A stretch of DNA of 64,000 bases from an uncultured Haloferula sp. (GTDB lineage Bacteria; Verrucomicrobiota; Verrucomicrobiia; Verrucomicrobiales; Akkermansiaceae), in assembly GCA_965652295.1 (NCBI GenBank), contig CBFGTS010000004.1, positions 160,001 through 224,000 on the forward strand. Direction: 5' to 3'. Under the pieces are notes generated by a model. The model searched no databases and was not told the origin of the DNA. It was given only the letters and a program-made list of their open reading frames with translations. Positions 38,094 to 48,246 of the stretch are shown here, in pieces. The position numbers were made by a program, and so were the translations under genes. Every line of letters begins with the position of its first letter. The stretch's first letter is position 1.

Positions 38094-39317
38094 TCACGCC
38101 ACCTGGAACGCGGCGGCCTGCTCGGGCGTCAGCTCGACGCACTGCCATGGCAGGCCGTGCTCGTTGAGGTCGGTCATGAAGGAATCCGGGTCGTGCTGTT
38201 CGATGTTCCAGACGCCGTCCTTGCGCCACTGGCCTTCGAGCATCTGCTTGGCTCCGATCATCGCCGGGACGCCGGTGGTGTAGGAAATGGCCTGGCTACC
38301 GACTTCCTCGAAGCACTTCTCGTGATCGCAGATGTTGTAGATGTACACCGCCTTGGGCTGACCGTTCTTGATGCCGGTGATGACGTTGCCGATGCAGGTG
38401 CGGCCCTTGGTGCGCTCGCCGAGGTCGCCGGGGTTCGGAAGCACGGCTTTCAGGAATTGCAGCGGGATGATTTCCTGGCCGTTGTAAACGACGGGGTCGA
38501 TGCGGGTCATGCCGACGTTCTGCAGCACTTCGAGGTGCTTCAGGTAGTTCGGTGAGAAACTCATCCAGAACTGGGCGCGCTGGATCGTCGGGATGTGTTT
38601 CACGAGCGACTCCAGTTCCTCGTGGTACATCCGATAGATCTCGTAGGTCCCGACCTCGTCCGGGCAAGTGAAGCTCTGGTGCTGCGACATCGGCGCGGTT
38701 TCGACGAATTTTCCGTCCTCCCAGTGGCGGCACTCGGCGGTCACCTCGCGGATGTTGATCTCCGGATTGAAATTGGTGGCGAAGGCGTGGCCGTGGTCGC
38801 CACCGTTCACATCGATGATGTCGAGGGTGTGGATTTCATCGAAATGGTGCTTCAGCGCCCAGGCGGTGAAGACATTGGTGACGCCGGGGTCGAAACCGGA
38901 GCCGAGCAGGGCGGAGCGGCCGGCATCCTTGAAGCGGTCCTGATAGGCCCATTGCCAGGAGTATTCGAACTTGGCGACGTCCTTGGGCTCGTAGTTGGCG
39001 GTGTCGAGGTAGTCGCAGCCGGCCTCAAGGCAGGCGTCCATGAGGGCGAGGTCCTGGTAGGGGAGGGCGACGTTGATGAGGAGCTTGGCGCCGGTGGAGC
39101 GGATCAGGGCGGCGGTCTCGGCGACGTTGTCGGCATCGACCTGCGCGGTGGCGATCTCGCGGCCGGTGCGGGCTTTCACGTCGGCGGCGATCGCGTCGCA
39201 CTTCGAGACGGTGCGGGAAGCGAGGGTGATTTCCCCGAAAACCTCGGGCACCATGGCGCATTTGTGGGCGACGACGTTGCCGACGCCTCCGGCGCCGATG
39301 ATCAGGACCTTGTTCAT
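38094..39317 (-). CDS. Carboxy(nor)spermidine dehydrogenase (saccharopine dehydrogenase family)
   Basis: GAGGVG, LPYQD, YLDTANYE, GFDPG, FATNFNPEINIRE and SYTTGVP motifs; upstream of nspC. Confidence 0.92.
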   Translation of the reverse strand: MNKVLIIGAGGVGNVVAHKCAMVPEVFGEITLASRTVSKCDAIAADVKARTGREIATAQVDADNVAETAALIRSTGAKLLINVALPYQDLALMDACLEAGCDYLDTANYEPKDVAKFEYSWQWAYQDRFKDAGRSALLGSGFDPGVTNVFTAWALKHHFDEIHTLDIIDVNGGDHGHAFATNFNPEINIREVTAECRHWEDGKFVETAPMSQHQSFTCPDEVGTYEIYRMYHEELESLVKHIPTIQRAQFWMSFSPNYLKHLEVLQNVGMTRIDPVVYNGQEIIPLQFLKAVLPNPGDLGERTKGRTCIGNVITGIKNGQPKAVYIYNICDHEKCFEEVGSQAISYTTGVPAMIGAKQMLEGQWRKDGVWNIEQHDPDSFMTDLNEHGLPWQCVELTPEQAAAFQVA

Positions 39318-39625
39318 GATGGGCGGGAGTTAGCGGCGGAAAGGCGGTCTGCCAAGGGGAAGGTGAGGCGGTCTTCCCGGAAACAGGGAGCTGGACGGGG
39401 CGGGATCACGAGGATGGGCAGGATGGATTTCGGACCGGGCGAGGCATTTCTCCACGCCATTCCTTCCCGATTCCGTCCCATTCTATCCCGCAACGCTCCT
39501 TCCCCGAAGGATTCTCCCAATCGATCTTTTGCGTCCTCCGGAGGTGAAGATTTTTGCGACAACTTTGGATTCCCGCGGGTTTGATTCCAGCATAAGGGTC
39601 CTCGCGACTTCTGAATCCTGAATCC

Positions 39626-40066
39626 ATGAAAATTCCCCTTCAACCCCGCCGTCGCCGCGCCGCTGGTTTCTCGCTTCTCGAAATGGTCATCGTGCTCGGC
39701 ATCATCGCCGTGATCATCGGTGGCGCGATCACCGTCATGGGCAAGGTGGGCGAAGGCGCGAAGCGGACACAGGTCAGCAGCGACTTCAATTCAATTGGTG
39801 CGGCGCTGCGGATGTATCAGACGAACAACGGCCGTTTCCCGACCACCCAGCAGGGGCTGGACGCATTGGTCAACAAGCCGTCGAGCACACCGGTGCCGAA
39901 GCGCTGGGTGAAGCTGATGGACCGGGTGCCGACCGATCCGTGGCAAACCCCCTACGGTTACAAGTTCCCGGGCTCGGTGGACAACACGACCTTCGAGCTG
40001 ATCAGCGCGGGGCCCGACATGCAGAAGGACACCGAGGATGATATCAGCAGCCAGAAAGACGAGTGA
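39626..40066 (+). CDS. gspG: T2SS major pseudopilin
   Basis: GFSLLE prepilin site, PTTQQGL.AL, DPWQTPY and SAGPD...EDDI. Confidence 0.92.
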   Translation: MKIPLQPRRRRAAGFSLLEMVIVLGIIAVIIGGAITVMGKVGEGAKRTQVSSDFNSIGAALRMYQTNNGRFPTTQQGLDALVNKPSSTPVPKRWVKLMDRVPTDPWQTPYGYKFPGSVDNTTFELISAGPDMQKDTEDDISSQKDE

Positions 40067-40601
40067 TCGTCGGCCCGCGGGCTTCACCCTGCTTGAGTTG
40101 GTGGTGGTCCTCGCGCTGGCGATGATGGTCATCAGCGGTGCCGCGGGGATGATGTATTTCAATCGCGACGAGGCGCGTCTCAACGACGCCATCGGCGAGG
40201 TCGAGATTCTCGCCAAACGCGCCCGCACGCTCGCCACACTCCAGCAGCGGCCCTACGCGCTGGAATTCACGCAAAACCAGGTGAACCTGCTGCCTTTCGC
40301 CCAGGCCCTCATCGAGCCCAACGACCGCGAGGGCGTGGTGGAAATGTCCGGCGACATCTCGCAGCCGCCGGTCACGGCGAGTTTTGCGGTCGAGGAGGAC
40401 TTCCGCCTGCTGGTCCGTCGCTGGGCCACGCGGTCCTGGGATCTTGTCGAGCGCCAGGACCGGCAGATCTGGCGTTTCGATCCGCAAGGGATCTGCGAGC
40501 CCGTGGGCGTGCGGCTGGAAATGGAGAACGGCAACTGGATCGCCGTGCTCTTCCACCCGCTGACCGCCTCGGTGACCGAAACCGAATCCGAAATCCGATG
40601 A
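40038..40601 (+). CDS. T2SS minor pseudopilin (GspH-like)
   Basis: GFTLLE prepilin motif; operon position. Confidence 0.8.
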   Translation: MISAARKTSDRRPAGFTLLELVVVLALAMMVISGAAGMMYFNRDEARLNDAIGEVEILAKRARTLATLQQRPYALEFTQNQVNLLPFAQALIEPNDREGVVEMSGDISQPPVTASFAVEEDFRLLVRRWATRSWDLVERQDRQIWRFDPQGICEPVGVRLEMENGNWIAVLFHPLTASVTETESEIR

Positions 40602-41023
40602 GAAGCGTCCGCCAGCCGAACCGCCGTCGTGGCTTCCTCATGCTTGAGGTGGTCCTGGCGCTCGGGGTTTTCGCGATGGCGGCGACCGCCTTCGCCGTGG
40701 CGCTGGCGCGGACTTCGGATGCCGCTCAGCTGGCCCAGCGGCGGATGCAGATCAACCGCATCCTCGACAGCTCCCTGACCGCCGCGCTTTCGCTGCCGGT
40801 GCTGGAGGAGGGGTCATCGACGGTGGTTCTCGACGAGGAAATCGGAGGAGCCGAGGTGGAGGTGGATACGAAAATCGAACCTCTCGAAGAGCTTCAGAAT
40901 CAGGACGGGGAGTATCTCCAGCAAATGTTCCGCATCCAGGTCATTGCCCACTGGTTCGAGAACGGGGAGTGGCAGGAAGAAGCCGCGGAAACATGGCGCT
41001 ACGCGAGGATGTACCAGCCATGA
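40598..41023 (+). CDS. T2SS minor pseudopilin (GspI-like)
   Basis: GFLMLE prepilin motif; ATGA overlap. Confidence 0.8.
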   Translation: MRSVRQPNRRRGFLMLEVVLALGVFAMAATAFAVALARTSDAAQLAQRRMQINRILDSSLTAALSLPVLEEGSSTVVLDEEIGGAEVEVDTKIEPLEELQNQDGEYLQQMFRIQVIAHWFENGEWQEEAAETWRYARMYQP

Positions 41024-41793
41024 GAACGCCATCCCGTCATTCCCGGCGCAGCGGCTTCACCTTGTTGGAGCTGGTTCTGGCCATCGGCCTGCTCGCCATG
41101 CTGATCGCGATGGTCATGGGCGTGGCCACGCAGAACATCGCGCTCGGCAACGCCGTGGTCCAGCGGCAGAACGAGGTCAGCATGGAGACCGCGTTTTTCG
41201 ATCTCCTTTCGAAGCAATTCTCCGCCTTGCCGGGAAACACCCGCCTCGAACTGGTCAGTCAGGATTCAGGTGCGCAGTACCTTTCCGATCTCACCCTCCA
41301 GAACGTGCCCACCACCTTCACCTGGGGCGGCGGGGAACGGGTAGCGAAGGCGATCCAGCTTTCCACCGTGCGCAGGCGCGATGGCTTCCTCGACATCGTG
41401 CTGCGCTACTACGAACACCCTATTCTGGAGGAAACCACCGAGGCCGACGAGGCCGTGCTGCCGGGCGACAACGAACCGTTTGCGGAGATCGTGCTGCTGG
41501 AGAACATCTACGTTTTCGAATGGGAGGTCCTCGACGGCCGCACCATGGAGTGGGGCTACGACTGGGATCTGCAAGGCCGGCTCCCCCTGCAAATGAAGCT
41601 GACCTACCTCGCCGACCGGGTTTCGGACCCCATCTCGCACGTTTTCTGGATCACGCCGAAGCAGAACCCGGAGGTGGTGATGCGCCAGCTCCAGCAGACC
41701 GCGCGGCAGGGGCAGGGTGGCGGTCAAGGCGGCGGGCAAGGCGGAGGCAACGACGACCCGCCGGTCATTCAACCCCAGATTCCCGGCCAATGA
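41020..41793 (+). CDS. T2SS minor pseudopilin (GspJ-like)
   Basis: GFTLLE motif; ATGA overlap. Confidence 0.8.
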   Translation: MRTPSRHSRRSGFTLLELVLAIGLLAMLIAMVMGVATQNIALGNAVVQRQNEVSMETAFFDLLSKQFSALPGNTRLELVSQDSGAQYLSDLTLQNVPTTFTWGGGERVAKAIQLSTVRRRDGFLDIVLRYYEHPILEETTEADEAVLPGDNEPFAEIVLLENIYVFEWEVLDGRTMEWGYDWDLQGRLPLQMKLTYLADRVSDPISHVFWITPKQNPEVVMRQLQQTARQGQGGGQGGGQGGGNDDPPVIQPQIPGQ

Positions 41794-42716
41794 ACGCACG
41801 CTCCCATCCCCGCGGGGCCGCGTTGTTGGCGGTCATCTGGCTCATCGCGCTGCTCTCGTTCGCCACGGTGGCGGCGGTGCGGGTCGTGGCTTTCGATCTC
41901 GATGTGGCCAACGCCAACATCCACGGCTTCCGCGCCAAACAGCTCGCGGAGATGGGCGTCGCCCTCGGCAGCAATCCCGCCGTGGAACGCAGCGATCCGA
42001 TACTCCAGCAGTATTCCGAGGAAGAGGACGAGGGCTTTCAGGTGCGGCTCCAGTCGGAAGGCGGGAAGTTCAACATCAACCACATCCTCAGCGGGGATGA
42101 CCGGAATCTGCTCAAATCGATGTTCATCGACTGGGGCTTGGAAATCGATGACGCGGGGGCCGTGGTCGATTGCCTGACCGATTGGATCGACTCCAACGAC
42201 GAGGTCTCGATGAACGGGGCGGAGGTTGATTGGTATGAATCCGAAGGCCGGATCAACCAGCCGTTCAACCGGCTTTTCTACAATCTTGACGAAATGCGGC
42301 TGGTCCGCGGGATGGACCTCGTCGAGGCCTACCGGCCGGATTGGCGGAACTGGTTCTGCATCTGGAGCGGTGGCGGGCTCGATCTGAACGAGGCGACGGC
42401 GGAGATGATCGCCGTCGCCGCCGAGGTTTCGCCGCCCGAGGCGGAGATCATCCCCGAAACCGTCCGCGGAGCCGATGGCCTTCGCGATACCGACGACGAC
42501 GCACCTTTCCAGTCCGCCGAGGAAGCGCTTGCACTCCTTGGGGTGGACGGCAGTCTGCGCCCCGAGATCGCCGCCCGTTTTTCGGTCAATGACACGACGA
42601 CCCGTATCGAGAGCATCGGCATGGCCACCGGCGCGAGTCGCAAAATCACCGTCATTGTCCGCAACCGCACCGGCCAACCGGCTGTTTTGGAACGAACCGA
42701 GGAAGTAGTCCCTTGA
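41790..42716 (+). CDS. gspK: T2SS protein K
   Basis: RGAALLAVIW, SEGGKFNIN, DWIDSND..GAE and ELRLV-like motifs. Confidence 0.85.
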   Translation: MNARSHPRGAALLAVIWLIALLSFATVAAVRVVAFDLDVANANIHGFRAKQLAEMGVALGSNPAVERSDPILQQYSEEEDEGFQVRLQSEGGKFNINHILSGDDRNLLKSMFIDWGLEIDDAGAVVDCLTDWIDSNDEVSMNGAEVDWYESEGRINQPFNRLFYNLDEMRLVRGMDLVEAYRPDWRNWFCIWSGGGLDLNEATAEMIAVAAEVSPPEAEIIPETVRGADGLRDTDDDAPFQSAEEALALLGVDGSLRPEIAARFSVNDTTTRIESIGMATGASRKITVIVRNRTGQPAVLERTEEVVP

Positions 42717-43954
42717 GCAAACCCACTGAATTTTCACTCCTTCTGCCTGGCGTGATCGGCTGGGAGATCTGGAAAAAGAACGCCGAAGGCCGCTACGAGC
42801 GGGCTTCGGACGATGATGGCCCCCGTCACGCCGCGGAGCTCTCCGGTCTGCCGGCGGGGCACCTGGCCATGCTTTTCCCGGTCCGCACGCTCCAGGCGTT
42901 GCCTTTCCGCGCCGCGAGCACCGAGGACGAGCTGTTCGAGGACCTCGCGGTGATGCACGCCGAGCGGCTCGGCATCCGCCCGGATCCCATGTCCGGCCAG
43001 CTCAGCGATACCTTCGTGGTCGAAAAGCAGGCGGACAGCACCATACTGCTCCACGTCGTCCTGCAGAACCCCGGCGAAGGTGAGGTGCCGGCCCGCACGC
43101 CGAAGGAGTTCGATCTTTCCCCGCGCGCGTATCATGTCCGCGGCGACGAGGTCTGCCTGTGGAAGGAACTCGGACGCTGGGTTTTCGCCATCTACAAGGG
43201 CGGCAAGCTTCTTTACTGCCAGGCCACCTCGGCCTCCGGCGACGAACCGGGGGACGACGTCCTGCGCGAAGTCCGCCTGGCCGTCAGCCAGCTCAATCTC
43301 CAGGCCCTGCGTGTCCAGCCGACGACGTGCCGCGTCTGGCCGCCGGCCGCCGAGCTGGGTTCCGCCGGGGCGATGGACCGGGTATTCGGGGAAACGATCG
43401 TCGAGCGCCGCCCGGACCCGGTTTTCCCGGAGCCTCCCAGCCGCTTGCTTCCGGCCGACGTCCGCGCCGCCCGTCGCGACCGCCAGAAACGCCAGCAGAT
43501 GCTGGCGCTCGTCGGACTCGTCGCCCTGGCCTATCTCGGCTTCGTCGGCTGGCAGGCCTTCGGGCTGTGGCAGGGCTTCCGCGAGCGGAACGAGCTGGCT
43601 CGACAGGCCGAGCAGGTCTCCGGAGTTTCCGCCGAGTTTCAGGAACACCAGGCGAAGTGGACCGAACTGGGTGTGCTGGTGAACGACCACCAGAGCCTGC
43701 TGGAGGTCATGCGGGAAATCCAGGAATCGATCCCGCGCGGCTCCGGGCTCCGGCTGAAGACCGCCGACCTCAACCTCGCGGAAGAGTCCTTCCGCCTCAA
43801 CGGTTCGTCGCCGCAGTCCGCACCGGTCAACGCCTTTTCGCTCGCCCTCAAGCGCAATCCGAACCTCCGCTCGTGGTTGGACTGGAACACCGAGCCTCCC
43901 GTGAACAAGAGCGGCACCTGGGAATTCAACTTCGGCGCCGTCCCCATCGAGTAA
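42713..43954 (+). CDS. T2SS protein L-like
   Basis: Cytoplasmic domain, single TM and PilN-like C-terminus; operon position. Confidence 0.65.
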   Translation: MSKPTEFSLLLPGVIGWEIWKKNAEGRYERASDDDGPRHAAELSGLPAGHLAMLFPVRTLQALPFRAASTEDELFEDLAVMHAERLGIRPDPMSGQLSDTFVVEKQADSTILLHVVLQNPGEGEVPARTPKEFDLSPRAYHVRGDEVCLWKELGRWVFAIYKGGKLLYCQATSASGDEPGDDVLREVRLAVSQLNLQALRVQPTTCRVWPPAAELGSAGAMDRVFGETIVERRPDPVFPEPPSRLLPADVRAARRDRQKRQQMLALVGLVALAYLGFVGWQAFGLWQGFRERNELARQAEQVSGVSAEFQEHQAKWTELGVLVNDHQSLLEVMREIQESIPRGSGLRLKTADLNLAEESFRLNGSSPQSAPVNAFSLALKRNPNLRSWLDWNTEPPVNKSGTWEFNFGAVPIE

Positions 43955-44012
43955 TGCCTCTTTCGACCGACAACTCCGCTCCCGGCCGGGTTTTCCTGCC
44001 ACAGAACGCCGC

Positions 44013-44549
44013 ATGAACGCCCGCGAAAGAAACCTCCTGATCGTGCTCGGGCTCACCCTTTTCGGGGTGCTCAACTTCGTCGGCTACAACGCGCTCACAA
44101 CCTGGAAAGCCAGGGTCGCCAAGGAGGCCGAGCAGCACCGGCAGACGCTCGAGATCGCCCGCTTCGCCCGCGAGCAGGCGGATGCGGTGCAGGGTGAAAT
44201 CGACTGGCTGGAGAAAAACAAGCCCGAGCCCAAGGAGGCCGAGCTGGTGCCTTCGGAACTCCAGACCTTCGTCACCGGCCGCGCCAATTCCACCGGCCTG
44301 ACCGTCGCCAAGCAGGACATCCTCGATAACATGACCGAGGGCACCTATTTCGAGCGGGCCCGTTTCCGGATCAACGTCACCGGTCGCGAGGACGCCCTCT
44401 ATCGCTGGTTGGTCGAACTCCAGAGCCCCAAGGATTTCCGCGCCGTCACCGCGCTGCGCCTCAGCCCGAACCGCGAGGACGACACCAAGATCGACGCCGT
44501 CGTCCAGGTCGAGCAGTGGTTCCAACCCAAAGCTTCCGAGGAACTATGA
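44013..44549 (+). CDS. T2SS protein M-like
   Basis: MNARERNLL plus N-terminal TM; operon position. Confidence 0.65.
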   Translation: MNARERNLLIVLGLTLFGVLNFVGYNALTTWKARVAKEAEQHRQTLEIARFAREQADAVQGEIDWLEKNKPEPKEAELVPSELQTFVTGRANSTGLTVAKQDILDNMTEGTYFERARFRINVTGREDALYRWLVELQSPKDFRAVTALRLSPNREDDTKIDAVVQVEQWFQPKASEEL

Positions 44550-45046
44550 AGGCCGTCCTTTTCCTCCTTTCCGCCCTCGCGCTGCCCCTCCTGGCGGCAC
44601 CACCGAAGGAGCCGCAGCGTGAGCGGTATACACGATTGTGGAAGGAATCTCCGTTCACGGAGAAGGCGCTGCCCGCACCTGCACCGACGGCCGTGGATCC
44701 TTTCAAAGGCTATTCGCTGGGAGGAGTGTCCAAACTCAAGGACGGTTACTTCGTCGTTGTTCTGAACGAACAAGACCCCGGGAAAAAAATACTGATCGGA
44801 CCGGGCGTTTCATCCGGGTTCGACGTTCTGAGCGTGAACTGGTCGGACACCCACTGGCAGGACACGACCGTCAGGGTGAAGCAGGGAACGAAAACCGGCA
44901 CCTTGTCGTTCGACCCGGTCCAACTGCGGATCGCTGGGTCAACGGTGGGAGCGCTGCCATCGAACAACAGCGGGGCGCTCCAGAACTCGAATCGCGATCA
45001 GGACAGGCAACGCCGACCTCGTCCGCGGGTCTCCACACCACGATGA
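44546..45046 (+). CDS. Exported hypothetical T2SS-associated protein, paralog 1
   Basis: Signal peptide; near-duplicate of the next gene; ATGA overlap. Confidence 0.72.
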   Translation: MKAVLFLLSALALPLLAAPPKEPQRERYTRLWKESPFTEKALPAPAPTAVDPFKGYSLGGVSKLKDGYFVVVLNEQDPGKKILIGPGVSSGFDVLSVNWSDTHWQDTTVRVKQGTKTGTLSFDPVQLRIAGSTVGALPSNNSGALQNSNRDQDRQRRPRPRVSTPR

Positions 45047-45579
45047 AATTCTTCCTTTTCCTGAATCTCGCCCTCGCGCTGCCGCTCCTCGCCGCACCGC
45101 CGAAGGAGCCGCAGCTTACCCGCTACACGCGGCTGTGGACGGACTCTCCGTTCACCGCCAAGCCGCCTCCGCCAACCGCGCCGGAGGCAATTAATCCTTT
45201 CGAGGGTTACTCGCTCGGTGGCGTCACCAAGCTCAAGGACGGCTACTTCGTGGTCGTGCTCAACGACAAGGACCCGGAGAAAAAGGTCCTGATCCGGCCG
45301 GGCTACAAGTCGGAGTTCGAGGTGGTGGACGTCAGCTGGTCCGATACCAATTGGAAGGACACCACCGTGCGCGTGAAGCAGGGATCCAGGACCGGGACCC
45401 TCGCGTTCGATGACGCCCAGCTGAACCTCAAGGCTCCGGTGGCCGCCACTCCGGCGAGCAACGTCAATCCCGCCGCGCAGAACAACAACGCGCAGCAGCA
45501 GAACAACAACAACCGCGGCAACAACGGCCAGCGCCGTCCGCGCCCGCGGGTCGTGGTGCCCCCGAGACCGAACCGGTAA
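45043..45579 (+). CDS. Exported hypothetical T2SS-associated protein, paralog 2
   Basis: Signal peptide; RPRPR C-terminus; directly precedes gspD. Confidence 0.75.
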   Translation: MKFFLFLNLALALPLLAAPPKEPQLTRYTRLWTDSPFTAKPPPPTAPEAINPFEGYSLGGVTKLKDGYFVVVLNDKDPEKKVLIRPGYKSEFEVVDVSWSDTNWKDTTVRVKQGSRTGTLAFDDAQLNLKAPVAATPASNVNPAAQNNNAQQQNNNNRGNNGQRRPRPRVVVPPRPNR

Positions 45580-45627
45580 GCGCCGCTCCGAACATCTCTT
45601 TTCCAACCGATTTCCTTCCTCCGATTC

Positions 45628-48096
45628 ATGCAACTGACCCGCCTCGCCCTGCTTCTTCTCGCCGGGACCGTTTTCGTTTCCGCGCAAGCGCCTCCCGGCC
45701 TGCCTCCGGGGATCAACCCGAACCCCCAGCAGCAGAATCCGGCCGGCGCTCCCGGCGGACTCACGGTGGACATGGCCCCGCCACCCGGGGAGGTGGACCC
45801 CGCCACGGTGATCGAGGAGGACATCATCCAGGCCAAGCTCAACGGTGACGACCTGGCCGAACTCTACCGCCGCTTCACCGGCCGCCGCGTCACGGTCAGC
45901 CCCGAGGCCGCCGCCGCCGAATTCCGCTTCATCCAGCGCGCCCCCATGACCTACGGGGAAGCCGCCCTGCTCTTGAAGAAGGCCGCCCTGCTTGGCGGCT
46001 TCGTGTTTGTGCCCGACGCGAATCCGGGCTTGGAGCATCACGACGTGCTCGTCACCGCCGCCGGAGGCGTCAACCCGAAGGCCGAGGGCGTCGAGGTGAT
46101 CCTCGATCCCGCCGACCTGCCGGAGGACGACCGCGTGGTGTCCTACGTGATGAACCTCAAGGTGATCAAACCCGACGAGATCGTCCGCGTTTTCACCACC
46201 ATTGTCGGTCAGTTCGGCGCTTATGGCTCGATCACGCCCATCCCCAATGCCGGCGCGGTGGTCATCACGGAGAAGACGTCCCTCATCCGCCGCCTCATCG
46301 AGCTCCAGGCGGAAATCGACGTCTCCAGCACCGTGGCGACCCGTTTCATCCCGGTGCAGTATGCCGACGTCACGGAACTGGCCGAAACCCTCAACGAGAT
46401 CCTCAACACCCAGCAGCAACAACAGCGTTCGACCGGGGTGAACCGCGGAGGAAACAACGCTGTCCCGGCCAACAACAATGCGCCGCCGGTTCCGGGTGCC
46501 ACACCGACGGCCGCTGCCGCGACCCCGAGCGGAGCCAGCAGCGCCGCCGAGGAGGTGCCGATCCAGATCGTGCCCGACAGCCGGACCAACCGCATTTTCG
46601 CCATGGGCCGACCGGTCGATATCGTCTTCATCGAGGGTCTGGTGGCCGAGTTCGACGTCAAGACGGACGAACGGAACTATCTCCGCCGGAAACTCCGCTT
46701 CGTCACTGTGGCGGACTTTCTGGACATCGCCGAGCCGGCCCTGATGCGGGCATTCTCGGGCACCGCGGACGGCGCGGGTGGCACTAGTCCCAGCGGGGCG
46801 AATTTCGGAGGCAACTCGGGCTCGAGCCGCAGTTCGAATTTCAACGCCTCCGCCAGCAACAACCGCAGCAATTTTGGAAACAGCAGCATCGGTGGCAACG
46901 CGGGCGGAGCCGGCGGAGCTGGTGGAGCCGGAGGTGGTGGGGGGATCGGTGGAGGCAGCACTCTTCAAGATCCCCAGATCAACAGCGCGCCGGAAGCCCG
47001 CCTGGTGGGTCGCACATTGCTGGTGGCGGACAACATCACGAACTCGCTGCTAGTCCAAGGACCGCCTGCCAGCGTGGAAATCATCAACAACCTCCTTGAT
47101 GAGATCGATGTGAAGGCGGATCAGGTGATGATTTCCGCGGTTTTCGGTCAGCTTTCGTTGGGGGATACCCTGAACTACGGCGTGGATTTCCTGCGCACCG
47201 TTAACGAGGCTCAGATTGCGAAGGGAAATTCGGCGATCGCCGGTGCAGCGGGAGGCGGTACTAATCCGTTTATCAACGCTCAAAGCCTTCTGACGCCGGA
47301 AGATTTTCCCTCGTCCTCCGGGCTCAATCTCTATGGGATGATCGGTGATAACTGGAACGTTTACCTCAACGCGCTGCAGAGCGACAGCCGCTTCGAGGTG
47401 CTTTCTCGCCCGACCATTTTCACGGCTAACAACCGCAAGGGCACGATTTCGTCGGGTCAAAGGATTGCGGTGCCCTCGAACACCAACAGCTACCAAGGCA
47501 ACATTTCGACCAACATCGAATACCAGAATGTCTATCTGACCCTGGAGGTGGTTCCTTTGGTGAACTCGGACAACGAAATCACATTGGAAATCGCGTTGGT
47601 GAACGAGGAGATCGGACAGACCCGGGTCATTGATGAGAATATCGCGGTTCCGGACATTTTGAGCCGTCAGGTGCTGACATCCGTAACCGTTCCCAACGGC
47701 GGAACCATCGCCCTAGGAGGATTGATCACTTCGAAGATCAACGACACGGTCAGCGGAGTCCCGCTGCTCAGTGACATTCCGATTTTGGGAAAATTGTTTT
47801 CGCAGACCGTCCAATCGGAAGACAAATCCGAGCTCCTCGTTTTCATCCAACCGAAGATCATCAAGGACACCACGGATCTCTACGATGCGCAGGTCGATGT
47901 GGATTCTCGCTATGACGTTGCCGAAAAGGCGCGCGACTGGGCGGATCCGCCGGTGATCGTCAACCAAGCCCCTCAGGTGATGCCGGGCAAGGGCGGCGCG
48001 GTCGCGGCTCCGGTCGTCGTGCCGATGGAAGTGGAAGAGGAAGAAGATCGCTCCCGCCGCGTCCTGGGCAGGCCGACCTCCGCGTTCCGACGCTGA
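45628..48096 (+). CDS. gspD: T2SS secretin
   Basis: DSRTNRI, TNSLLV, QVMISA, LSRPTIFT and VPLLSDIPILGKLF..ELLVFIQPKII motifs. Confidence 0.92.
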   Translation: MQLTRLALLLLAGTVFVSAQAPPGLPPGINPNPQQQNPAGAPGGLTVDMAPPPGEVDPATVIEEDIIQAKLNGDDLAELYRRFTGRRVTVSPEAAAAEFRFIQRAPMTYGEAALLLKKAALLGGFVFVPDANPGLEHHDVLVTAAGGVNPKAEGVEVILDPADLPEDDRVVSYVMNLKVIKPDEIVRVFTTIVGQFGAYGSITPIPNAGAVVITEKTSLIRRLIELQAEIDVSSTVATRFIPVQYADVTELAETLNEILNTQQQQQRSTGVNRGGNNAVPANNNAPPVPGATPTAAAATPSGASSAAEEVPIQIVPDSRTNRIFAMGRPVDIVFIEGLVAEFDVKTDERNYLRRKLRFVTVADFLDIAEPALMRAFSGTADGAGGTSPSGANFGGNSGSSRSSNFNASASNNRSNFGNSSIGGNAGGAGGAGGAGGGGGIGGGSTLQDPQINSAPEARLVGRTLLVADNITNSLLVQGPPASVEIINNLLDEIDVKADQVMISAVFGQLSLGDTLNYGVDFLRTVNEAQIAKGNSAIAGAAGGGTNPFINAQSLLTPEDFPSSSGLNLYGMIGDNWNVYLNALQSDSRFEVLSRPTIFTANNRKGTISSGQRIAVPSNTNSYQGNISTNIEYQNVYLTLEVVPLVNSDNEITLEIALVNEEIGQTRVIDENIAVPDILSRQVLTSVTVPNGGTIALGGLITSKINDTVSGVPLLSDIPILGKLFSQTVQSEDKSELLVFIQPKIIKDTTDLYDAQVDVDSRYDVAEKARDWADPPVIVNQAPQVMPGKGGAVAAPVVVPMEVEEEEDRSRRVLGRPTSAFRR

Positions 48097-48246
48097 GTCG
48101 GGTCTTGGAGGAGATTCCCGGATTTGCGGGAGAATGCGCGTCAGCGGGGGCAACCGGGGGCTTGCCAACCCGCGCCCCAGTGAGCATTTTCCGTCCACGC
48201 GTCCTCCCGACGGGGACAAACGTCCGTTTTTTCCAAAAATCCCACC

